The notes below the pieces were generated by a model. The model searched no databases, was not told the origin of the DNA, and worked only from the letters and a program-made list of their open reading frames with translations. A stretch of 64,000 nt of DNA from Kofleriaceae bacterium (GTDB lineage Bacteria > Myxococcota_A > Polyangia > Haliangiales > Haliangiaceae). A program made the translations under genes and the position numbers. Numbering within the stretch: position 1 is the stretch's first letter; every line of letters begins with the position of its first letter. Positions 1 through 14,476 of this stretch are shown here, piece after piece. The DNA is taken from NCBI GenBank assembly GCA_020633495.1, contig JACKDR010000001.1, forward strand, positions 310,105-374,104, given 5' to 3'.

Positions 1-605
1 CCAGCCGCGCCGCGCCGCGCGCCGTCAGCGACGAGTCGTACACGACGAGCCGGACCAGCGACGCCAGCCAGACCGCGTCGAGCACGCGCGCGAGGCCGTC
101 GTCGCCGAGGCCGGTCCATCCCATCGTCAGGGCCTGGAGGCGAGGGAACGAGGAGGCCAGCGCGCGGGCGCACGCGGGACCGACGCGGTTGTTGACGATG
201 CTGACCGCTCGCACCGACCGGTGCTGCGGCGCGGCGATCACCTGGGCGAGCAGCTCGTCCGGGAGCGCGTTGCTGGACAGGTGGAGCTCCTCGACGTGCG
301 TCGCGTCGCGAGCGCCCACGACCGCCTCGACGTCCGAGGAGCCCAGGGCGCCACCGAGCGCGAGCGTGTTGCACAGGCGCCAGCTCCGCAGGTCCGCGAC
401 CACCACCCGGGGCCCGCGCGCGCCGTGGTCGTCCAGCCACGGCGTCGGCGCGCGGCGCGGCACGTCCGGAGGCCACGCCGCGAGCGCGTGCTCCAGCGCC
501 GTCCATTGCGCCTCGGTGAGGTCGACCTCCTCGGCCAGCGCCAGCAGCGTGCGGAAGCTGTCCTCGGTCGGCGTCGCGGCGAGCGTCAGGATGCGGTCGA
601 ACATG
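1..605 (-). CDS. Leucine-rich-repeat (ribonuclease-inhibitor-like LRR) protein, truncated by the window edge (ATG at 605, runs off position 1)
   Basis: Own translation of the minus strand from ATG 603-605: MFDRILTLAATPTEDSFRTLLALAEEVDLTEAQWTALEHALAAWPPDVPRRAPTPW...LHLSSNALPDELLAQ...LTMGWTGLGDDGLARVLDAVWLASLVRLVVYD, showing periodic L-x-x-L-x-L-x-x-N motifs. A GGAGGA Shine-Dalgarno lies about 7 nt upstream (612-617). Not in the supplied ORF list because it is truncated. Lies directly downstream of the kinase gene on the same strand. Confidence 0.55.
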
Positions 606-659
606 GGGCAGGTCCTCCAGGCAGGGTCGAGATCGCGACGGTGGCGGCGGCGGGCGGCC

Positions 660-4304
<3,645 letters not shown>

Positions 4305-4433
4305 CCGCCCATCATATAGGATGCCTCCGTGGCCCACCTGGACCGCGCGCCGCCGGCGACGGAGGGCGCGCGACGAGGGGACCGGGGCCCATCGCCGCGA
4401 GCCAGCGCGCCGCCGCCATGCTTGAATCCGACC

Positions 4434-6377
4434 ATGTTCGAGGTCGACGCCGAGCCCGCGCGCGCCCGCGCCCTGCCCCCGCGCCTGTACCTCGACCCGG
4501 CGGTCGCCGAGGTCGAGGCCCGCGAGCTGTTCGCCCGCACCTGGCAGCTGGTCGGCCACGCCGGCCAGCTCGCCGAGGTCGGCGACCAGGTCGCGGTCGA
4601 GGTCGCCGGCGAGCCGCTGGTGATCGTCCGCGCCGACGCCGGCCTGCGCGGCTGGTTCAACGTCTGTCCGCACCGCGCCGGCCCGCTGCTGGCCGGCTGC
4701 GCCCGCCGGCGAACCCTGCAGTGCGGCTACCACGGCTGGACCTTCGACCTCGACGGCCGGCTCCGGCGCGCGCCCGGCGCCGACGCCGACGCCGCGACGC
4801 TCGCCGACGTCGCGCTGGCCCCGGTCGAGGTCGCGGCCTGGGGCCCGCTGGTGTTCGCCGCGATCGCGCCCCGGCTGACCCTCGACGACCAGCTCGCCGG
4901 CATCACGCCGCCGGCGGCGTCGCTGCGGTGGGTGATGCGCCGCGACTACGAGCTGGCGTGCAACTGGAAGGTCTACGTCGACAACTACCTCGAGGGCTAC
5001 CACATCCCGATCGTCCACCCCGAGCTGCACGAGGAGCTCGACCCCGACGGCTACCGCACCGAGGTGGCCCGGTGGTCGTCGCGCCAGCACGCGCCGCTGC
5101 GCGCCACCGACGGCGACGGCAGCGACGGCCGCCGCTACCGCCCCGACGACCAGCCCGACGGCGCCGACGCCGAGTACCACTGGGTCTTCCCCAACCTGAT
5201 GCTCAACGCCTACCAGGGCCAGCTCCAGACCAACGTCGTCGTGCCGCTGGCCCCGGATCGAACCCGCGTCACGTTCGAGTGGTTCGCCGAGGTCGCGCCC
5301 GCCGAACCTTTGGTCGATGAACGCTGGCGCCGGCTGGTCGACTTCAGCGACCTTCTCCAGGTGCAGGACACCACCATCTGCGAGCAGGTCCACCGCAACC
5401 TCGGCTCCCGCGGCGCCCGGCGCGGCCGCTACGTGCCGCGCCACGAGGCCGGGGTCCACCACTTCCACCGGCTGCTCGCCGAGCTGCTGGCGCCCGCGCT
5501 GGTCGCGGCGGCCTGCCTGCTCGCCGCCTGCGGCGGCGGCGGCGGCGGCGACGACGCGGCGGCCACGCCCGACGCCATGCCGACCCGCGTCTTCGGCGGC
5601 GATCGCCCGGTCGAGCTCGAGGTCCCGGCCGGCTACGACCCGTCGCAGCAGTACCCGCTGGTGCTCGTCCTCCACGGCTACAGCGCCAACGGCCTGCTGC
5701 AGGAGGCGTACATGCAGCTCGCCGAGCTGTCGACCAGCGGCACCGCGTTCGTGCTCGCCCCCGACGGCCTGGTCGACAGCGACGGCAACCACTGCTGGAA
5801 CGCCAGCCCGGCGTGCTGCGACTTCGACCACCGCGGCGTCGACGACGTCGCCTACCTCGGCGGCCTGATCGACGACGTCATGGCGTCGTGGTCGATCGAT
5901 CCGGCGCGGGTCTACGTCATCGGCCACTCCAACGGCGCCTACATGGCGTACCGGATGGCGTGCGACCGCGCCGACGTGATCACCGCGATCGCCGGCCTGG
6001 CCGGCTTGATGATCTCGGTCGACGGCTCCGGCTGCAACCCGGCGCGGCCGGTCAGCATCCTGCACCTGCACGGCGACGCCGACGACACCGTGCCCTACGA
6101 CGGCGACGGCGGCCCCGGCGGCGCCGGCGCCAGCCCGGGCGCCGTGGCCTCGACGGCGATCTGGGCCGCGCTCGACGGCTGCGGCACGACCACCACGGCC
6201 GGCGCGCCGCTCGACCTGGTCCGCGACATCGACGGCGCCGAGACCCAGGTGGCGAGCTACGACGACTGCCCGTCCGGCCTCGGCGTCGAGCTGTGGACGC
6301 TGACCGGCGCCGGCCACATCCCCAACTGGCAGCCCGACTTCGACGAGACGGTCTGGGCCTGGCTGACCTCGCACTGA
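4434..6377 (+). CDS. Rieske [2Fe-2S] non-heme-iron oxygenase alpha subunit (residues to about 5490) continuing in frame, with no stop, into a lipoprotein-like alpha/beta-hydrolase esterase (PHB depolymerase/feruloyl-esterase family) domain (5490-6377)
   Basis: Start ATG 4434 (MFEVDAEP...). Rieske motif CPHRAG...CGYHGW and mononuclear-iron motif EGYHIPIVHPELHEELD. After ...GVHHFHRLLAELL the same frame reads APALVAAACLLAACGGGGGG, a lipobox-like signal sequence, followed by LVLVLHGYSANG...VIGHSNGAYMAYRMAC (a GxSxG esterase motif). There is no ATG, GTG or TTG start immediately upstream of the signal-like segment. Stop TGA is at 6375-6377. Confidence 0.7.
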   Translation: MFEVDAEPARARALPPRLYLDPAVAEVEARELFARTWQLVGHAGQLAEVGDQVAVEVAGEPLVIVRADAGLRGWFNVCPHRAGPLLAGCARRRTLQCGYHGWTFDLDGRLRRAPGADADAATLADVALAPVEVAAWGPLVFAAIAPRLTLDDQLAGITPPAASLRWVMRRDYELACNWKVYVDNYLEGYHIPIVHPELHEELDPDGYRTEVARWSSRQHAPLRATDGDGSDGRRYRPDDQPDGADAEYHWVFPNLMLNAYQGQLQTNVVVPLAPDRTRVTFEWFAEVAPAEPLVDERWRRLVDFSDLLQVQDTTICEQVHRNLGSRGARRGRYVPRHEAGVHHFHRLLAELLAPALVAAACLLAACGGGGGGDDAAATPDAMPTRVFGGDRPVELEVPAGYDPSQQYPLVLVLHGYSANGLLQEAYMQLAELSTSGTAFVLAPDGLVDSDGNHCWNASPACCDFDHRGVDDVAYLGGLIDDVMASWSIDPARVYVIGHSNGAYMAYRMACDRADVITAIAGLAGLMISVDGSGCNPARPVSILHLHGDADDTVPYDGDGGPGGAGASPGAVASTAIWAALDGCGTTTTAGAPLDLVRDIDGAETQVASYDDCPSGLGVELWTLTGAGHIPNWQPDFDETVWAWLTSH

Positions 6378-6399
6378 TCGCCCTCGCCGCGCAGGTCCC

Positions 6400-8244
<1,845 letters not shown>

Positions 8245-8261
8245 CGCCCGGTCGCCGCGGC

Positions 8262-10127
8262 CTACGGCTGCACGGTGTCGACGGTGACGGCGTGGTCGCC
8301 GTTCCAGTCGACGGTGATCGCGTAGTGATCGCCGCTGGCGCCCTCGACCTCGAACCGGCTGGCCGGCAGCGTCACCAGCCCGACCGGCTCGCGGAACTGC
8401 TCGAGCAGCGGGCTCTGCGGCGCCTCGCGGGTCGCGGTGTCCATGATGCCGATCGCCCGCGCCGGGGCCGGGCCGCCGGCGACGTCGAGCACGACCGGAT
8501 CGAGGGCGAGCGCCAGCCGCTCGGCGGGCAGCGTCGTCAGATCGTCGCCCAGCGAGTACGCCGGCCCGGCCAGCGCGGTGACGACGGCGCCGGCGCGGGC
8601 CTCGGCGAGCGTGTACGGGGCGCGGACCTGGACCTGGTCGGCGTCGAGCCAGATCCGCGGCCACAGCCAGGCGCGCCCGGCCAGCGCGCGCGCCGCCCAG
8701 CCCACCATCGTGAACTTGAGGTCGAAGGCCTCGAAGGCGGTGTCGGAGCCGATGCGCAGGACGTCGGCGCGACCGATCACCGGCAGGATCGGCGCGCCGC
8801 AGGCCTCGATCACGGCGTCGGGGCCGGCGGCGTCGCGGATCGCGGCGAGGCCGCGGCGCAGCGCCTCGACCCCGGTGACGGCGTCGGCGCGGTCGCCGGC
8901 GAACGCGCCGGCGTAGAGGAAGTCGAGCTTGAAGTAGGTGAAGCCGGCGGCGGCCAGGGTCGCGATCGGCGCGGTCGCGATCGCCAGGCCGTCGGGATCG
9001 GTGGCGTCGACGACGTAGAAGCTGCGCGGGTTGCCGGTGAGCCGGTGGACCAGGGGTTGACCGTCCGGTCCCCGGACGAAGCGCGTGGGGTCGCCCTGGG
9101 CCGCCGCCGCCGTGGTGTCGACCAGGAACGGCGCCAGCCACACGCCGGCGACCAGGCCGCGATCGGTGATCGTCGCGCCGATCGCCTCCATGCCGCCGGG
9201 GAAGCGGGCCTCGTCGGCGACCCAGTCGCCCCACGCCGGCTCCCAGCCGTCGTCGATCTCGACCAGCGGCATGCCCAGCGGCGCCAGCGTGGTCGCGACC
9301 GCGTCGACGTGGGCCTCGATCAGCGCGGCGTCGATGTCGGGGAAGTGCTCGTTCCACGAGAACCACCCGGCCGGCGGCCGGGCCGGCGCCGGCTCGGCCG
9401 CGTGCTCGGCGGCGAACGCCGCGGCCAGGCGATCCATCGCGGCCTCCGGGGTCGCCGCGGCGGCGACCAGGATCGGCTCGCTGCGGACCTCGCCGCCGGC
9501 CCCGGTCAGCGGCTCGCGCGCCGCGCCCCACGCCACCGTGACGTCGGCGCCGTCGCCGGCGCGCACCGCCGCCAGCCCGGTGACCGCGACGTCGGCGCGC
9601 AGCGCGCCGACCACCAGCGCCGGGCCGTCGGTGCCGCGCCGGAACAGCGCGGCGTGGTAGCCGGCGCCCAGCTCCTCGTCGACCGGGTCGCCCGACGCCG
9701 GCACCGGCCACGCCGGCAGGCCGTCGGCGGCCAGCGTCACCGCCGCCGGGATCTCGACGGTGCCGACGAACGACCACGACTGGTAGCCCTGCTGCAGCAT
9801 GCGATCGGCGGGCACGCCGGGCAGCTCGAGGGCGACGCCGAGGACGTCGCCAGGCGCGGCCAGCGTCACGACGACGCCGCCGTCGACGTCGGTCGTGGCG
9901 ATCGTGGCCGCGACGTCCCAGGTCGCGCCGTCGACGGCGCGGGCGTGGGCGGTGACGCCGCGCAGGCACAGGCCGTCGAGCGCCAGCGTGTAGGTGCCGT
10001 CGTCCGCGGCGCCGGTGACGCAGGCGTCGCCGCCGCCGTCGTCGCCGCAGCCGGCCAGCGCGGTCGCGATCAGCAGGGCCGCGGTCGCGGTGAGGTGTGC
10101 GGCGAGATCGTCGAGGGAGCGAGCCAC
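8262..10127 (-). CDS. Lipoprotein alpha-galactosidase / melibiase-like glycoside hydrolase (GH27/GH36-like)
   Basis: Signal peptide plus lipobox LIATALAGCGDDG. Catalytic region LVEIDDGWEPAWGDW (the DDGW motif typical of alpha-galactosidases) and YFKLDFLYAG. 621 aa with good amino-acid composition. Confidence 0.8.
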   Translation of the reverse strand: MARSLDDLAAHLTATAALLIATALAGCGDDGGGDACVTGAADDGTYTLALDGLCLRGVTAHARAVDGATWDVAATIATTDVDGGVVVTLAAPGDVLGVALELPGVPADRMLQQGYQSWSFVGTVEIPAAVTLAADGLPAWPVPASGDPVDEELGAGYHAALFRRGTDGPALVVGALRADVAVTGLAAVRAGDGADVTVAWGAAREPLTGAGGEVRSEPILVAAAATPEAAMDRLAAAFAAEHAAEPAPARPPAGWFSWNEHFPDIDAALIEAHVDAVATTLAPLGMPLVEIDDGWEPAWGDWVADEARFPGGMEAIGATITDRGLVAGVWLAPFLVDTTAAAAQGDPTRFVRGPDGQPLVHRLTGNPRSFYVVDATDPDGLAIATAPIATLAAAGFTYFKLDFLYAGAFAGDRADAVTGVEALRRGLAAIRDAAGPDAVIEACGAPILPVIGRADVLRIGSDTAFEAFDLKFTMVGWAARALAGRAWLWPRIWLDADQVQVRAPYTLAEARAGAVVTALAGPAYSLGDDLTTLPAERLALALDPVVLDVAGGPAPARAIGIMDTATREAPQSPLLEQFREPVGLVTLPASRFEVEGASGDHYAITVDWNGDHAVTVDTVQP

Positions 10128-10168
10128 CGCGGCAGCCTACACCGGCCGCCGGCGGCGCCGGCGCGCGA

Positions 10169-11134
10169 TCACGGCGGCGCCGCCTCGGCCGCGTCGGCGT
10201 TGGCCTCGGTGCGCAGCTCGAGGTAGCCGCGGGCCGCGTAGGTGGCGGTCTGCACCACCGCCTCGGACCGGGGCGCACGCTCCCCGGCGGCCATGTAGAT
10301 CCGCTCGAGCCAGCCGATCCACGGCCGCGCCCGCCGGGACAGGCGGGCCCGGGCCTCCTCGGTGCCGGCCCGGCACGCGATCCGCGCCGCGCGCACCTGC
10401 TCGGCCGACGGCCGGCCCTCGAGCAGGTCGGCGAGGCCGCCGCACGCCCGCCACGCCCGATCGATCACGGCGCGGGGCGAGCCCTCGGCGCGGCGTTGCA
10501 GGTCGTCGACCAGCGCCTGCCAGGGGCCGGCCAGGGCCGCGCGCACCTCGGCCGAGCGCTCGGCCAGGGTCTGGAACCACGGCGTCAGGAGCTCGTCGGC
10601 GGTGCGGGCCTCGGCCCAGGCGTCGTCGCGGTAGGCGCCGTGCTCGACGTAGCGCGCGATCCGGCCCAGGGTCGGCGCCCCGGCGGCGAGGTGATCGGCG
10701 TAGCGGGCGACCGCGGCGTCGAGGTCGGCGGGGCCCGGGGATCTGGAGACCCAGTCGCGGGCCCCGGCGACCCAGTCCTCGATCTCGTCGTCGCCGAGGA
10801 AGCCGGTGTCCCACCGGACCTGGCGCGGCGGCGACGCCGCGTGGCTCGCCGCCGCCACCGCCGGGTAGCCGGCGGCGGCGAAGCGCAGGTTGCGGTCGAT
10901 GACGTCGACCAGGTAGCGGTAGCCGGCCAGGACCTCGTCGGCGGAGAGCCGGGGCGCGGCGTCGGGCGCGGGCGCGGCGTCGACCGGCGCCGCCGGCGCG
11001 GGCGACGGGGTCGCGTCGCGCGGCGGTGGCGCGGTCGCGACCGCGGCGTCGGGCGTCGACCGCTTGCGGCCGGCGCAGAACGCCAGGACCAGCCCGCCCC
11101 CGGCCAGCACCGTGACGACGACCACCATCACCAT
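10169..11134 (-). CDS. Hypothetical single-pass membrane protein (Pro/Ala-rich linker plus a helical C-terminal domain)
   Basis: The minus ORF 10169..11302 has a TM segment MVMVVVVTVLAGGGLVLAFCAG followed by a well-composed about 290 aa domain (YRYLVDVIDRNLRFAAAGYP...WFQTLAERSAEVRAAL...). The start is uncertain: ATG 11134 or 11128 at the TM segment, or the upstream ATG 11302 with an Arg-rich N-terminus. Confidence 0.5.
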   Translation of the reverse strand: MVMVVVVTVLAGGGLVLAFCAGRKRSTPDAAVATAPPPRDATPSPAPAAPVDAAPAPDAAPRLSADEVLAGYRYLVDVIDRNLRFAAAGYPAVAAASHAASPPRQVRWDTGFLGDDEIEDWVAGARDWVSRSPGPADLDAAVARYADHLAAGAPTLGRIARYVEHGAYRDDAWAEARTADELLTPWFQTLAERSAEVRAALAGPWQALVDDLQRRAEGSPRAVIDRAWRACGGLADLLEGRPSAEQVRAARIACRAGTEEARARLSRRARPWIGWLERIYMAAGERAPRSEAVVQTATYAARGYLELRTEANADAAEAAPP

Positions 11135-11346
11135 CGCGAACGCCTTGCCGTCGCTCGGCCCGCCGTCGCGGCGCCGGCCGCGCCGGCCCCGCCGACGGCG
11201 GCCGCTGCCGTCGCTCGCGGCGCTGCCGCCGCGGCGGTCACGCTCCTCGGCGGCGCGCAGCGCGTCCTGCACCTGTGGATCGAGCTCCCGGGGCACCGCC
11301 ACCGAGGGTACACCACGACGTCAGAGGCGGACCGTAGGGTCGGGCC

Positions 11347-11943
11347 GTGGCCAAGCTCTACTTCCGCTACGGCACCATGGACAGCGCCAAGACGCTCAAC
11401 CTGCTGGCGGTCGCCCACAACTACCGCAAGCAGGGCAAGCGGGTGATGCTGCTCAAGCCCCGCATCGACACCCGCTTCGGCGCCACCACGATCGCGTCGC
11501 GCTCCGGCCTGTCGGCCGAGGCCGACCTGGTGCTCGACGCCGGCGACCGCCTCGACCCCGCCGACTTCGAGGGCGTCGACTGCATCCTGGTCGACGAGGC
11601 CCAGTTCCTGTCGCCGGAGCTGGTCGTCGACCTGCGCCGCATCTCGGTCCGCCCCGGCGTCCCGGTGATCTGCTACGGCCTGCGCACCGACTTCCAGACC
11701 CGGCTGTTCCCGGGCGCTGCGCGCCTGATGGAGCTGGCCGACCGCATCGAGGAGGTCAAGGTCACCTGCCAGTACTGCGGCCGCAAGGCGACCTGCAACC
11801 TGCGCCTGGTCGACGGCCGCGCCGCCATCGACGGCCCGTCCGTGATGATCGGCGGCGACGAGCAGTACGTGCCGGTGTGCTGGCAGCACTGGGACGACGC
11901 CGTCACCGCCGCCGAACGGGAGCGGCTGCGCGCCGTCGGCTAG
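11347..11943 (+). CDS. tdk: Thymidine kinase
   Basis: GTG start at 11347. The protein MAKLYFRYGTMDSAKTLNLL...VDEAQF...CYGLRTDFQTRLFPGA...VTCQYCGRKATCNLRL...CWQHW matches the bacterial Tdk P-loop-like motif and zinc-ribbon cysteines. Confidence 0.9.
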   Translation: MAKLYFRYGTMDSAKTLNLLAVAHNYRKQGKRVMLLKPRIDTRFGATTIASRSGLSAEADLVLDAGDRLDPADFEGVDCILVDEAQFLSPELVVDLRRISVRPGVPVICYGLRTDFQTRLFPGAARLMELADRIEEVKVTCQYCGRKATCNLRLVDGRAAIDGPSVMIGGDEQYVPVCWQHWDDAVTAAERERLRAVG

Positions 11944-11969
11944 GCCGCGGACGGAGGTACATTCGCACC

Positions 11970-12713
11970 ATGGAGCTCGAACGACGCGACGACGTGGCGG
12001 TCCTGCGCCTGCGGGCCGGCAAGGCCAACGCCATGAACACGGCCATGCTGGGCGAGCTGAACCGGCTGGTCGACGAGGCCGGGCGGACCGCCCGGGGCCT
12101 GGTGCTGGTCGGCGACGGCAAGGCGTTCAGCGCCGGCCTCGACCTGCCGGCGCTGGTCGACCTCGAACGCCCGGCGATGCGCGAGTTCATCGACATGTTC
12201 GCGCGGGCGATGATCCGGGTGCTGCGCCTCGACATCCCGGTGGTCGCCGCGATCGACGGCCACGCCATCGCCGGCGGCTGCGTCCTGGCCCTGCAGGCCG
12301 ACGTCCGGCTCGCCGCGCGCGGCGCCGCGCGCATCGGGCTGACCGAGACCCAGCTCGGCATCGGCCTGCCCGCGGTGGTCACCGAGGTCCTGCGCATCCG
12401 GGTGCCGCCGTCGTCGCTGGTGCCGATCGCGCTCGAGGGCCGGCTGCTGTCGCCCGACGAGGCCCACGCCCTCGGCCTGGTCCACGACCTCGTCGAGCCC
12501 GACGCCCTGCTCGACGCCGCGGTCGCGCGCGCCGCCACCCTCGCCGCGCTGCCGTCGCCGGGCGTCGCGCACGTCAAGGCCCAGCTGCGGCGCCCCGCCC
12601 TCGACGCGATGGTCCTGCACGGCGTCGCCGAGCGCGAGCGCTGGCTCGACACCTGGTTCACCGCCGAGGCCCGCGAGCGCATCACCGCCGCGGCCGCCCG
12701 CCTGCGCGGCTGA
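11970..12713 (+). CDS. Enoyl-CoA hydratase/isomerase (crotonase) family protein
   Basis: ATG 11970 (MELERRDDVAVLRLRAGKANAMN...GDGKAFSAGLDL...AAIDGHAIAGGCVLALQADVRLAA), the crotonase fold signature. In frame with the longer ORF starting at 11064, whose upstream part is Arg-rich junk. Confidence 0.8.
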   Translation: MELERRDDVAVLRLRAGKANAMNTAMLGELNRLVDEAGRTARGLVLVGDGKAFSAGLDLPALVDLERPAMREFIDMFARAMIRVLRLDIPVVAAIDGHAIAGGCVLALQADVRLAARGAARIGLTETQLGIGLPAVVTEVLRIRVPPSSLVPIALEGRLLSPDEAHALGLVHDLVEPDALLDAAVARAATLAALPSPGVAHVKAQLRRPALDAMVLHGVAERERWLDTWFTAEARERITAAAARLRG

Positions 12714-12715
12714 GG

Positions 12716-13480
12716 TCAGTCGACGACGACCAGGCAGTCGATCGAGGTCTCGATGCGGAAGTTCGACATCGAGGTGTGGCGCTCGGCGTGGAAGACGTCG
12801 AGCGCGTAGACGTTGCCGACGGTGATGCCCAGCGCGCCGGCCTGGGCGTCGAAGTCGATCGTGCCGCCCTCGGGGCCGTGGACGCCGCCGAGGTCGAGGG
12901 CGAGGCTGCCGTTGACGAAGACGAAGACGTCGTCGTCGCCGGTGAAGGTGAAGACCTCGCCGCCGCGGTACCGGAAAGTGCCGTGGATCTCGGTCGTGAA
13001 GTGGAAGTTGTGGCCCAGCGTCTCCTCGCCGGGCCAGCCGACGCCGTCGAGCGGGAAGAAGTCGAGATCCTCGAAGACGAACGTCCCCGGGGTCGGCTCG
13101 TCGAGCACCAGCGGCTGCTCGAAGCGCATGTTGACGTCGGCGACGTCGCGGTACCACTGGTCGAACGACGCCGGGCCCGACACCGTCGCGGTGGCCCCGG
13201 CGGGCGCGTAGACCGGCTTGCCGTCGCCGCCGAGGGTGGCCGCGACCAGGCCGCGGTCGTCGCCGATCGCGCCCTCCATGTCGGGGTGGTCGGCGCGGAA
13301 GTCGCGCAGCACCGCGGTCAGCGCGCCGCACTGCTCGACGCGGCCGTCGCCACCGGCGCCGCCGTCACCACCGCCGCCGCCGTCGCCACCGCCGTTGCCG
13401 CCGTTGCCGCCGTCGTCGCCGCAGCCGGCCAGAACCAGCGTCACCACCAGCGCGAGCGACCGCCAGGCCGTGGGCCACAT
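12716..13480 (-). CDS. Lipoprotein with a PA14-like 'fibro-slime' domain
   Basis: Signal peptide plus lipobox LVLAGCGDDGG, then a Gly-rich linker, then HNFHFTTEIHGTFRYRGGEVFTFTGDDDVFVFVNGSLALDLGGVHG, which matches the fibro-slime domain consensus known from Myxococcus and Fibrobacter. Confidence 0.75.
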   Translation of the reverse strand: MWPTAWRSLALVVTLVLAGCGDDGGNGGNGGGDGGGGGDGGAGGDGRVEQCGALTAVLRDFRADHPDMEGAIGDDRGLVAATLGGDGKPVYAPAGATATVSGPASFDQWYRDVADVNMRFEQPLVLDEPTPGTFVFEDLDFFPLDGVGWPGEETLGHNFHFTTEIHGTFRYRGGEVFTFTGDDDVFVFVNGSLALDLGGVHGPEGGTIDFDAQAGALGITVGNVYALDVFHAERHTSMSNFRIETSIDCLVVVD

Positions 13481-13510
13481 GCCTCGAGGCTATCACGTAG
13501 GATGCGCGCG

Positions 13511-14368
13511 ATGAGCGCCGATCTCGCCACCCTCCTGGTCAGCTGCCCCGACAAGAAGGGCATCGTCGCGTCGCTGGCGCAGACCCTGTACGGCCACGGC
13601 GCCAACATCCTCGACGCCGACCAGCACACCGACGCGGTCGCGCAGCTGTTCTTCCAGCGCATCCGCTTCGACCTGTCGACGCTCACCACCGACCGGGTCG
13701 CGCTCGAGGCCGGCATCCGCGAGGTCGCGGCCCGCTTCGGCATGGCGTGGCGCCTCGCCTACGGCGGCACGCCGCGGCGCGTCGCGATCTTCGTGTCGCG
13801 CTACGACCACTGCCTGTACGACCTGCTGCTGCGCCACCGCGCCGGCGAGCTGCCGTGCGAGGTCGCGATGGTGGTCTCGAACCACCCCGATCTGGCCGGC
13901 GCCGCGGCCCAGTTCGACGTCCCGTTCCACCACCTGCCGGTCACCGCCGCGACCCGCGACGCCCAGGAGGCGGCGGCGCGGGCGCTGCTCGACGACGCCG
14001 GCGTCGACACCGTGGTCCTCGCCCGCTACATGCAGATCCTCGGCCCCGGCTTCGTCGCGGCGATGCCGGCGCGGATCATCAACATCCACCACTCGTTCCT
14101 GCCCGCGTTCGTCGGCGCCAGCCCGTACCGGCAGGCCTACGAGCGCGGCGTCAAGCTGATCGGGGCGACCGCCCACTACGTCACCGCCGACCTCGACCAG
14201 GGCCCGATCATCGAGCAGGCGGTGGTGCGCTGCTCGCACCGCGACACCGTCGAGGATCTGGCCCGCAAGGGGCGCGACCTCGAGAAGGTCGTGCTCGCCG
14301 CGGCCCTGCGCTGGCACCTCGAGGACCGCGTCCTGGCCTACGCCGGCAAGACCGTCGTCTTCGACTGA
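13511..14368 (+). CDS. purU: Formyltetrahydrofolate deformylase
   Basis: ATG 13511 (MSADLATLLVSCPDKKGIVASLAQTLYGHGANILDADQH..., the ACT domain) followed by a formyl-transferase domain INIHHSFLPAFVGASPY. Confidence 0.9.
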   Translation: MSADLATLLVSCPDKKGIVASLAQTLYGHGANILDADQHTDAVAQLFFQRIRFDLSTLTTDRVALEAGIREVAARFGMAWRLAYGGTPRRVAIFVSRYDHCLYDLLLRHRAGELPCEVAMVVSNHPDLAGAAAQFDVPFHHLPVTAATRDAQEAAARALLDDAGVDTVVLARYMQILGPGFVAAMPARIINIHHSFLPAFVGASPYRQAYERGVKLIGATAHYVTADLDQGPIIEQAVVRCSHRDTVEDLARKGRDLEKVVLAAALRWHLEDRVLAYAGKTVVFD

Positions 14369-14476
14369 GCGGCCCCGGGGCGGCTGGGATGACGCCGCCA
14401 CGCTGACCCCGGCTCGGCACGCCGCGACGATCCACGGCTTGCGCCGCGGCCCCGACGCCCCGAGAATCCATGGGGC

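Noticed and set aside
10097-11446. 449-aa plus-strand ORF overlapping the hypothetical membrane protein and tdk region
   Set aside because: Arg/Gly-rich translation. It is antisense to a better-composed minus-strand protein and overlaps the confidently identified tdk gene out of frame.
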